Assembly: GCA_964489835.1 (NCBI GenBank)
Contig: CAZBBC010000005.1
Span: forward strand, 26,123 to 90,122
Length of the DNA stretch: 64,000 nucleotides
DNA from: an uncultured Calditrichota bacterium
GTDB lineage: Bacteria > Calditrichota > Calditrichia > JAJRVZ01
Reading direction: 5' to 3'
A program made the translations under genes and the position numbers. Below, piece by piece: positions 18,945-27,639 of the stretch. A model generated the notes under the pieces. The model was not told the DNA's origin. It saw only the letters and a list, made by a program, of their open reading frames with translations, and did not search any database. Position 1 is the first letter of the stretch. Every line of letters begins with the position of its first letter.

Positions 18945-19000
18945 TGACAGGATAATCCCGACTGGGTCGGGATCCAAAAAACGGACAGGATTTACAGGAT
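18945..19000 (+). repeat. GACAGGAT-flanked hairpin motif, copy 1 (copy 2 at 51016-51074)
   Basis: ttttttgacaggataatcccgactgggtcgggatccaaaaaacggacaggat; 8-bp stem atcccgac/gtcgggat; about 88% identical to 51016-51074. Confidence 0.7.
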
Positions 19001-19347
19001 GATAAAAACAATGAATCATCAGTTATCAAAAAATATCAAGTTTCACCCGTTTATTGCTATTTATATCATGAATGTCTGGTTAAAAAAATCGATTCAATAG
19101 ATGTAACCGGATACTCCTGATGTTATATATTAATCTTTGTAGTGCATAACAGTCTCTGGAATGAGCTACTCGGTTGATTGAATTTGAATTTAATTGAAAT
19201 CGAAGGGTTGATTAACTAATTTGAAGAAAATAAATTAGTGCATCAGTGATTTTTTTAATAGATACTCACATAAATTTAAGCGAGTAAAATACCAGTGGAA
19301 AAATTGGTGCTTAAGAATAATCGAACATCAAAAAAATTGGAGTTTTA

Positions 19348-21435
19348 ATGGCCATCTTAAGCAAAGAAAAACAGCTTAAGAAAGAGCTGTCGTTATTCAA
19401 CATTTATACCATTGCCACTGGAGCCACCATTGCCTCTGGTTTCTTTCTGTTACCGGGTTTGGCCTATGCCCAGGCTGGTCCAGCCATGGTGCTTAGCTAT
19501 CTGATAGCGGCAATCCCGGTTATTCCGGCCTTGTTCAGCACATCTGAACTTTCGACAGCAATGCCGCGTGCCGGCGGCATTTATTTTTTCCTGGACCGCA
19601 GTATGGGGCCGCTAATGGGCACCATTGGTGGTATAGGAACCTGGCTGGCTCTGATACTGAAAACAGCTTTTGCATTGGTGGGTATTGGTGCCTATATGCG
19701 TTTGTTCTTACCTCAAATTCCAATGTTACCACTGGCTGCTTTTTTCGCCATTCTTTTTGGTATCGTCAATCTTTTAGGTGTAAAAAAAGCCGGTATCTTT
19801 CAGGGTATATTTGTTATAGGCCTGTTGCTGCTTCTGGGCCTATTTTCAGGAATCGGTTTAACATATTTGAATTTCCAGAATTTCAATGGTTTTTTTGACA
19901 AGGGATTCAATTCAATATTTGCTACCGCCGGTCTTGTTTATGTCAGTTATATCGGGCTTTCTAAGATCGCCAGTGTTTCTGAAGAAGTTAAAAATCCGGA
20001 TAAAACGATACCCTTGGCAATGTTTCTGGCACTGGGCACGGCGATTTTGGTATATACTATTGGTACTTTGGTTATGATCGAAGTGATACCGGCCGAAAAA
20101 TTAACCAACGATCTGACACCGGTAGCCTCCGCGGCCGAAATTATGATAGGAGAGTGGGGCGCGATCTTGATGACCACCGCTGCAATCTTGGCTTTTTTAT
20201 CAGTAGCAAATGCAGGAATTCTCAGTTGTTCACGCTATCCGCTGGCGATGAGCCGTGACCATCTAATGCCCCGTTTTTTGCGCTCTTTCAGTAAACAAAA
20301 AACGCCAAAATACGCTATCCTGATCACCGTAATATTTATTTTACTGATGCTCTTACTCCTTGATCCCGCAAAGATTGCTAAACTGGCCGGTGCCTTCCAG
20401 TTACTTCTTTTTGCACTGCTTTCACTTGCTGTTATTGTCATGAGGGAAAGCCGATTAGATTCTTATGATCCCGGATTCCGTTCCCCCTTATATCCATGGA
20501 TGCAAATTTTTGGGATGATTGCTCCCTGTTGGCTGATCATTGAAATGGGCTGGTTTCCGTCTATTTTTGCACTGGCATTGGTTGGATTGGGCACATTTTG
20601 GTATTTTTATTATGGAAAGAAAAGGGTCGTCAGGGACGGTGCCATTTACCATATTTTTGCCCGTCTTGGTCAGCGACAGTTCGAAGGTCTTGATATTGAA
20701 TTGAGAAGCATTTTAAAAGAAAAGGGTTTGCGTGATAAGGATCCGTTTGATGCTGTCGTTGCCAGTTCTGTATTTATTGATATTAATGAAAAAACTTCTT
20801 TTGAAGAAATCGTAAAAAAGGCCTCCTCAAGTTTATCAAAAAAATTTCACTGCGATGCCAAACTATTAGAAAGATCATTTATGGAGGGTACCCAAGTAGG
20901 GGCAACTCCGGTTTCACACGGTACCGCACTCCCGCACCTTCGTATTCAGGGAATGCCGCATTCTGAAATGATCATGGTTCGCACACAGATCGGCATCACG
21001 GTTGATTTTGATACAAATCTTTTAGGGGAGCAGGATGCGGATAATCCCATATATGCATTATTCTTTTTAGCCAGCCCGGAAGATAATCCGGGGCAGCATT
21101 TACGTATCCTGGCCCAGATTGCCAGCCATGTGGATAATGAAAATTTTATTAATCAATGGCTTGATGCCAATAATGAACAGGAATTAAAAGAGCTGCTTCT
21201 GCGGGAGGACCGGTATATCTCTTTGCAGCTGACAGCTGGTACAACAACCGAAACACTGATTAACTGTGAGATTCGAAACATTGAGCTGCCTGTGGGAAGT
21301 CTGATTGCGATCATTCACAGAAGGGGAGAAATGATAATTCCGAGAGGACAAACGGTTCTGCATGAGCATGACCGTTTAACCATTATCGGTTATCCCAAGG
21401 GTATTCAGGAATTGTACGATAAGTATTTAACCTGA
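19348..21435 (+). CDS. APC-superfamily amino-acid permease fused to PTS EIIA(Ntr/Fru-type) and TrkA_C regulatory domains
   Basis: 695 aa; roughly 12 TM permease domain (aa 1-430); EIIA-2 motif SHGTALPHLRIQG with conserved His; C-terminal TrkA_C-like GSLIAIIHRRGEMIIPRGQTVLHEHDRLTIIG. Confidence 0.8.
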   Translation: MAILSKEKQLKKELSLFNIYTIATGATIASGFFLLPGLAYAQAGPAMVLSYLIAAIPVIPALFSTSELSTAMPRAGGIYFFLDRSMGPLMGTIGGIGTWLALILKTAFALVGIGAYMRLFLPQIPMLPLAAFFAILFGIVNLLGVKKAGIFQGIFVIGLLLLLGLFSGIGLTYLNFQNFNGFFDKGFNSIFATAGLVYVSYIGLSKIASVSEEVKNPDKTIPLAMFLALGTAILVYTIGTLVMIEVIPAEKLTNDLTPVASAAEIMIGEWGAILMTTAAILAFLSVANAGILSCSRYPLAMSRDHLMPRFLRSFSKQKTPKYAILITVIFILLMLLLLDPAKIAKLAGAFQLLLFALLSLAVIVMRESRLDSYDPGFRSPLYPWMQIFGMIAPCWLIIEMGWFPSIFALALVGLGTFWYFYYGKKRVVRDGAIYHIFARLGQRQFEGLDIELRSILKEKGLRDKDPFDAVVASSVFIDINEKTSFEEIVKKASSSLSKKFHCDAKLLERSFMEGTQVGATPVSHGTALPHLRIQGMPHSEMIMVRTQIGITVDFDTNLLGEQDADNPIYALFFLASPEDNPGQHLRILAQIASHVDNENFINQWLDANNEQELKELLLREDRYISLQLTAGTTTETLINCEIRNIELPVGSLIAIIHRRGEMIIPRGQTVLHEHDRLTIIGYPKGIQELYDKYLT

Positions 21436-21436
21436 C

Positions 21437-21536
21437 CTATTCATACCGCAGCGTATTGCTGCAATCCAAAAAAGAAGTCCACGGATTATCCGTCGAAGCC
21501 GGATCAGGCGCAGACTGACACGAATTAACACGGATT
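21437..21536 (+). repeat. gene-end structured repeat, family A copy 2
   Basis: Starts 2 nt after the permease stop codon; reverse complement of copy 1. Confidence 0.8.
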
Positions 21537-21613
21537 AAAACTAAAATAATTATTAATAAATAATAACATCGCTGCGCCGCTGCGAGAAATGAAGAATTCG
21601 AGTACCAAAAATT

Positions 21614-21672
21614 TTGCTAAAAAACAAAGTTTTTGGAATAATAGCATAGCGTAGCGAGATGGGGTGGGGCAG
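21614..21672. repeat. repeat module M (ttgctaaaaaacaaagtttttggaataatagcatag) plus partial GC-rich hairpin-family fragment
   Basis: Module M about 92% identical to 50920-50958; agcgtagcgagatggggtggg is the RC of cccaccccRtctcgctacgct found at 47761, 55040 and 59668. Confidence 0.65.
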
Positions 21673-21699
21673 TAATCCACGAACTTCACGAAATTTATT

Positions 21700-22446
21700 C
21701 TATTTCCCCGGTATATTTCTATGCAGTTTCACCGGAACGACCAGTTTTTTACGCATTCGAATATTGAGCATCTCCACGCCAACCGAAAAAGCCATCGCAA
21801 AATATATATAGCCTTTTGGAACATGCACATCAAAACCTTCGACCATTAGAGTAACACCGACCAAAAGCAAAAATGAAAGTGCAAGAATCTTGATCGTTGG
21901 GTGTGTTTCAACAAATTCTCCTAATGATTTTGCCGCGGATAGCATGACCACAACCGCCAGAACGATAGCGACCGCCATTATAGAAACGTGTTCTACCAGA
22001 CCGATCGCTGTGATCACTGAATCCAGAGAAAAAACAATATCCAGAACGGTAATCTGTATCAATACCATTCCCACACTGGTTGCAGCAACTTTGGGGTGCC
22101 TATTTTCTTTACCTTCTAAACTATGGTGAATCTCATGGGTCGCTTTTGCCAGAAGAAAGAGACCGCCTCCGATCAGAATGATATCACGTCCTGAAATTGC
22201 CTGGCTAAATACCGAGAACCATGGTTTGGTTAACCCCATCACCCAGGAAATGGAAAACAACAGGGCCAGGCGGGCAATCATCGCAAGGCTGAGCCCAATT
22301 TTTCTCGCAGACGCCTGTTGATTTCGTGGGAGCCGGCCCACAAGAATTGAGATAAATATAATATTATCGATGCCCAAAACAATCTCTAAGGCAATTAATG
22401 TACCTAAAGCAATCCATCCCTCGGGGCTTGCTATCCATTCAAACAT
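21700..22446 (-). CDS. TerC family integral membrane protein
   Basis: EIVLGIDNIIFISIL and FSLDSVITAIGL TerC motifs. Confidence 0.85.
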   Translation of the reverse strand: MFEWIASPEGWIALGTLIALEIVLGIDNIIFISILVGRLPRNQQASARKIGLSLAMIARLALLFSISWVMGLTKPWFSVFSQAISGRDIILIGGGLFLLAKATHEIHHSLEGKENRHPKVAATSVGMVLIQITVLDIVFSLDSVITAIGLVEHVSIMAVAIVLAVVVMLSAAKSLGEFVETHPTIKILALSFLLLVGVTLMVEGFDVHVPKGYIYFAMAFSVGVEMLNIRMRKKLVVPVKLHRNIPGK

Positions 22447-22634
22447 TTAATACTCCGATTTTAAAGGTATAATAATTTTAATTATGAATTAACACATAAT
22501 CTTAATAAATTTATTACTCCTATATACAAAATATAATGAAAAATTTTAATGTTAGATAAAATCTGCTATAAGAAATATAAAAACTTTCTTTCCTGATTTT
22601 CGTAAGAACAGAAAAAATCGAAAACATCTTCAGT

Positions 22635-23714
22635 GTGAAAAAAATTCAACTGGTATTTCATACTTTTAGTATGATATGGTTATTTTCTGTCCAGGCCATT
22701 TCTGCAGAGAATCTAATTCAGGATACCTTGTTTGTATCCTTTTCTGAACAGAATGATATTAGTTTCCTAAATTCCCTTATCGATACGGTCATCGATGCCA
22801 GAAAACTGGATCCCCACTATCTTGGAAATTATGAGATTAACAAATACTGGATCATACCGGTTGACTTGCTCATTTATACCGAACATCCACTTTCTGAAAA
22901 CTTTAAAAATATTGCCGGTCAACTCAAATCCAAGAGCACAGAAAAATTAAAAATAGTCATTGAAAAATTTTGGTTATCGAAAATGACAAATAGCCTGATC
23001 TATCCTCATTATAGGATAGATGCATCGGTTCAACTATATGATATGAGCAGTCAACTTCAACCAGCAATGAAGGGCCAATTGTTATATGAAGTGATATATC
23101 GGGAACCTTTATTCAAAGATGACCTGAAGGAGGGATTTGAATCAGTTATACGAATCTGGGAAAATGACTTTGCAGACGATCTCGAAAAAGTAACACAGGA
23201 TAGTTTTTCATCCTCCGATCCAAATATGACAAATTTTCGTAAAGAGTTGAAAGAGATAAAATGGATCAACCTGATGGCAGGTATTGATTATATTTTTAGT
23301 TATCATGAAAGATTTATCGATGGGGAATTATTATTTTCACATCGAGAATCCAGAAGTGTATTATTCCGAAGTGGATATGGGCTTCGCTACCGCAGGTCAG
23401 AGAAATTTGAATCCATTGAATTTGGCAGTTCAGTGGATTACCTGTTTTATCGATTTAATAATAATTTCCAAATGCAATTCAAATCACAGATATTAATCGG
23501 AGTAAACCGTTGGAAAGATTATAAAACATACGATCATAAATTCTATGATGCGATCATTCTTGATTTTGCCTTTAATCAAAAAGTGACTTTTAATCCTCTG
23601 GACCGGAATTCTCTGCTGGTTGGATTCGGTTTATCCGAAGATATGTCTTATATATATTCACGGGGATTTAATATCCAGTTTGGATTTTTAATCTCTTTGG
23701 GACTGAAACTATGA
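22635..23714 (+). CDS. hypothetical secreted/outer-membrane protein, translationally coupled (ATGA) to downstream TonB-dependent receptor
   Basis: 359 aa; signal peptide; aromatic-rich C-terminal half suggestive of beta-strands; no family recognised. Confidence 0.45.
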   Translation: MKKIQLVFHTFSMIWLFSVQAISAENLIQDTLFVSFSEQNDISFLNSLIDTVIDARKLDPHYLGNYEINKYWIIPVDLLIYTEHPLSENFKNIAGQLKSKSTEKLKIVIEKFWLSKMTNSLIYPHYRIDASVQLYDMSSQLQPAMKGQLLYEVIYREPLFKDDLKEGFESVIRIWENDFADDLEKVTQDSFSSSDPNMTNFRKELKEIKWINLMAGIDYIFSYHERFIDGELLFSHRESRSVLFRSGYGLRYRRSEKFESIEFGSSVDYLFYRFNNNFQMQFKSQILIGVNRWKDYKTYDHKFYDAIILDFAFNQKVTFNPLDRNSLLVGFGLSEDMSYIYSRGFNIQFGFLISLGLKL

Positions 23715-26083
23715 AAATCTGTTTATACTTAACCTTACTGGTATTTCTACCGGCAGCTTTTCTTATGGCTCAGAGCTATACAGTCTCGGGGTATGTGATT
23801 GATGGTGAGACAGGAGAAACGCTCATCGGGGTGAATGTTGTTGCTCCGGGAGAAAAAAAAGGGGCAGCTTCAGATAATAATGGATATTTCTGGATATCAG
23901 ATCTCTTACCGGGTAACTATTCTCTGGAATTTTCATATATCGGATATGCGACTAAGAAAGTTGAGATTGTTGTTCAAAATCAGAGTATGATTTTGGACGA
24001 AATCGCCCTGGTACCGGAAGAACTTCTACTTGATGAAATCACCGTAACAGCCCAGAACTCAGAATTGGTTGATCCGGAAATTGAAACAAGCCCGATTCAG
24101 ATCACACAGGATGCTATTAGGAATATTCCGGCTGTGAATAAAGATCTGTTTAAATCGTTAAAATATTTTCCCGGTGTGGAGGGCCTTGATCCATTATCTC
24201 AACTTTACGCAGTACGCGGGAGCGATTCTGGTGAAAATCTGGTTCTGCTGGATGGAATTACAATTTATAATCCCTATCATTTTGTTACCGGCACTAGTCT
24301 TTTTAATGTGTATGCCCTGAAGAAAGCGGAAATGCTGGTGGGAGGTTTCGGTGCTGAATATGGCGGGCGGAATTCTTCCGTTCTCTATATTACATCACGT
24401 GAAGGAAATAGTAAAAGTCTGCATGGGGAGATTGAACCAACTACTACAATGACTAAAGCGGCTTTTGATTTTCCAATCGGGGAAAAACTCACCATGATGG
24501 TCTCCGGCCGATATTATTATAATTTAATCGCCCGTTTTCTGATGTCTACACCCAATTATTTTTATGATACGAATATCTCTTTAAATTGGAAAATTAATGC
24601 CTATAACCGGGTGAATTTACGGTATTTTCAATCGAGAGATTATATGGATTATAGCTTTTCCCGTTTGTCACATTATTTCAAGGCGATGCTTGATAATGAA
24701 GAGAGAGAGATTTTCGATAATTATGACATAATCTTCAATACAATTTGGAATAATCACGCCCTATCATTCTCACTTAAATCAATTATCAGTCCGGCAGTTT
24801 ATCTGGAGACACAATTATCGGGATCATTTTTTTCTGCGGAAAATCGCACGGCATTTGAATTTCAATACACCGATGACGAGGATAATAAAACCGTTGAGTT
24901 AAGGTATGATACAGATATTCAGAACAAAATCAGTGATCTGGGTGCAAATATTATATTAAATGTCAATTTGTATTCTGCCAATGCAATCAAACTCGGATTG
25001 AAATATAATCAATATCGATTTAACAATGATATACGGATTAATTCTCTGGAGGAGGGTCTGGTAACCCGCAAACCAGATTTAATTTCCACTTTTGTTGAAG
25101 ATAAAATTACACTTGGAAACTTTTCCATCCGCCCCGGTATACGTTTTTCAAAGTTTGGATATGCGGATCAGTGGTATCAGGAACCTCGCCTAAATGCGGT
25201 TGTAAAATTTAGGGATGATTATAAACTAAAATTTGCCTGGGGACAGTATTATCAGTACATCATTAGTATTAATTCTCAGGAATACGAATTAAGTCAGTTT
25301 TTAGATTACTATTACCCTTTAAGATTAAAAAGTCCAGGCGCATCCACCCATTATATTTTTGGTATGGAGAAAGCACTCTTAGAAGTGTTATATGTATCTG
25401 TGAATTGCTATTATAAGAATCTATCCCGTGTTTATACCTTCGATTATAACGCCAGTGAGCTCGACATATTTCATTTTTCGGACAAGCTAAAGGAAGGATC
25501 CGGAAAATCTTATGGGATCGAGCTGTTTGTAAGAGGCAGATGGAACAATTTGTCCGGCTGGTTGAGCTATGGTCTAAGCCGGTCCACCCGATCCTATCCG
25601 CATATTATGAAGGGAAAAGATTTTCTGTTTGATTATAACAGAACGCATTCTTTGAAAGCTTTTGGACATTACCAGGTCAATCCGTCTCTTTCGTTTAGTG
25701 CTACATGTTGTCTCCTGTCCGGCGTACCCAGGACCTTAGAATCCGGGATAAAATCTTATTTTTATTATGATCCTCAGAGTAATCAATACTCCTACTATTT
25801 CACCTATATTAATAATGTTAAGAATAATGGGAGAATGCCCTGTATATTAGATCTGGATCTGGGGATGAAGAAACATCTTCGTACCGGTTTCGGGGCAGAG
25901 TTAGCTGATTTTTTAGGTGCCAGCGAATCATATGTTAATATTGCTCTGGAAAATATTCTTTTCTTTTTGCATAGAAATGTCATTTATTATTTCCCAATCG
26001 AGATCGATAACTCGGTTGAGCTTTATGGATTAGGAACCAATTATTTCCCGATGATTAGTGCCGGATATACGGTTAAATTTTAA
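23711..26083 (+). CDS. TonB-dependent receptor with N-terminal carboxypeptidase-regulatory-like domain and plug
   Basis: 790 aa; SYTVSGYVIDGETGETLIGVNVV (CarbopepD_reg); plug-region EITVTAQ; C-terminal ...SAGYTVKF barrel terminus. Confidence 0.75.
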   Translation: MKICLYLTLLVFLPAAFLMAQSYTVSGYVIDGETGETLIGVNVVAPGEKKGAASDNNGYFWISDLLPGNYSLEFSYIGYATKKVEIVVQNQSMILDEIALVPEELLLDEITVTAQNSELVDPEIETSPIQITQDAIRNIPAVNKDLFKSLKYFPGVEGLDPLSQLYAVRGSDSGENLVLLDGITIYNPYHFVTGTSLFNVYALKKAEMLVGGFGAEYGGRNSSVLYITSREGNSKSLHGEIEPTTTMTKAAFDFPIGEKLTMMVSGRYYYNLIARFLMSTPNYFYDTNISLNWKINAYNRVNLRYFQSRDYMDYSFSRLSHYFKAMLDNEEREIFDNYDIIFNTIWNNHALSFSLKSIISPAVYLETQLSGSFFSAENRTAFEFQYTDDEDNKTVELRYDTDIQNKISDLGANIILNVNLYSANAIKLGLKYNQYRFNNDIRINSLEEGLVTRKPDLISTFVEDKITLGNFSIRPGIRFSKFGYADQWYQEPRLNAVVKFRDDYKLKFAWGQYYQYIISINSQEYELSQFLDYYYPLRLKSPGASTHYIFGMEKALLEVLYVSVNCYYKNLSRVYTFDYNASELDIFHFSDKLKEGSGKSYGIELFVRGRWNNLSGWLSYGLSRSTRSYPHIMKGKDFLFDYNRTHSLKAFGHYQVNPSLSFSATCCLLSGVPRTLESGIKSYFYYDPQSNQYSYYFTYINNVKNNGRMPCILDLDLGMKKHLRTGFGAELADFLGASESYVNIALENILFFLHRNVIYYFPIEIDNSVELYGLGTNYFPMISAGYTVKF

Positions 26084-26227
26084 ATGTATATTTATTATAA
26101 GATGGATTTAAAATGAAAAATATTACTTGTAAATAAAAACTCCAGACATAATTGATGAGATTTTACAAAGTAATAAGAGATATCCAAAATATATCTGAAG
26201 TGAAAAATAAAATACAATGACTAAAAG

Positions 26228-27040
26228 ATGAATAAATTAAACAGTAAATATTTCATTATTGTACCTTTTGTAACATTCCTAATGATTGCTTGCGATTTGC
26301 CGTGGAATCCCGGACCACAGCCCACTTACTTTGATACTCATGACTTTCAACCCGGTCTAAATGTATTGGGTATCATTCGACCAGGCACAACCAAGGGTCT
26401 ACCCCAATCTTTTGTTCATCTGGAAAAATCTCATGCCTATCTTGATTTCCCGGATTCGCTGGAGGTCAAAGATGCCAAAGTTCAATTATATCTTTATCAT
26501 GAAAGTACGATCATCGATAGTACTTTATTAATATATACGGACTTTGGAGGATTATTTTTAAAACATGAATATCGCCATTGGCAATTGGAATCGGCAAATT
26601 CCACACTTGGCGGACAAACTTATGGTATTTCCTGCAAGAAATCAGGGTATCCGGCATTGACCGCGATTACAACCGTTCCCCTGGTCCCAGTCATCCAAAA
26701 CGATAGCATATCTATTAATGCCGGCCAATGTGAATTTACCCTCCTGAGAGATACCAGAGTTGGTGCCTATGATATATATTTAATTTTTGGAAAAAAACAG
26801 TATTATAAGCGGTTGCTTCCATCTGGGGTCGGAAACACTGCGGTGAAGATTTATTTGGAAAACGATTCTGTCAAGGAAGGAAAATTGGTTATTTATGCCT
26901 ATGATCTAAAATTATCAGAGTATATCACATATAATATTGTTATTAAACCACAGACCTATCAATCAAACTACAGTACAGTTAATAACGGTTATGGTTGTTT
27001 TGGCTCATTGAATCTTCTTGAAAAAACACTGACATTTTAA
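26228..27040 (+). CDS. lipoprotein, DUF4249-like (receptor-associated)
   Basis: 270 aa; lipobox LMIAC; position and size match DUF4249 proteins that follow SusD-less TonB-dependent receptors. The family call rests on context. Confidence 0.4.
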   Translation: MNKLNSKYFIIVPFVTFLMIACDLPWNPGPQPTYFDTHDFQPGLNVLGIIRPGTTKGLPQSFVHLEKSHAYLDFPDSLEVKDAKVQLYLYHESTIIDSTLLIYTDFGGLFLKHEYRHWQLESANSTLGGQTYGISCKKSGYPALTAITTVPLVPVIQNDSISINAGQCEFTLLRDTRVGAYDIYLIFGKKQYYKRLLPSGVGNTAVKIYLENDSVKEGKLVIYAYDLKLSEYITYNIVIKPQTYQSNYSTVNNGYGCFGSLNLLEKTLTF

Positions 27041-27639
27041 ATTTAATTATCAGGGTAATGTTAAATAATATCCATAAGTATTTAATATTTGTTTTTATTG
27101 AATATTGAACAAGGATTAACAATTAACGAATTTTGAAGTAAAGTTGATTTAAAAATTTTTTGCTCATTTTTCCTGGAATACCATCGAAGGCTAACAAAGA
27201 AAAACCGATTTTTATTGTAATTCGAATTATAATTAATAAATTAAGCATATTCCTTTCATACCTGCCCAGATTTTTACTGTAACTAAATTATTTAGTAAAC
27301 TTCCGCTTTCGAGAATGATGACCAGCAGGTGATCGTATTTTTTAATACCCGGCATAAACAATTCTAGTATCAATATAAATCTGCCAATTGAATATTTAAT
27401 TGTAATACTATTTTGTACGCTAACCACGAAAAATATATGGGGAAAATGGTGGGGATAAGAAGAGATTATTAAAGATAAATGTCATGGGGCATAATGTGGA
27501 AAAATCGTAAAGGAAGAAAATATTTTATATATGGAATTATCTCAGCATAAAATTCTTTTGTCTTTTTTCTTTTGTCTTGGATTTGTTTGCAGCCTTGATC
27601 TGTGTTATGAATAGGTTAGGTTAATTAATTGAGGAGGAT

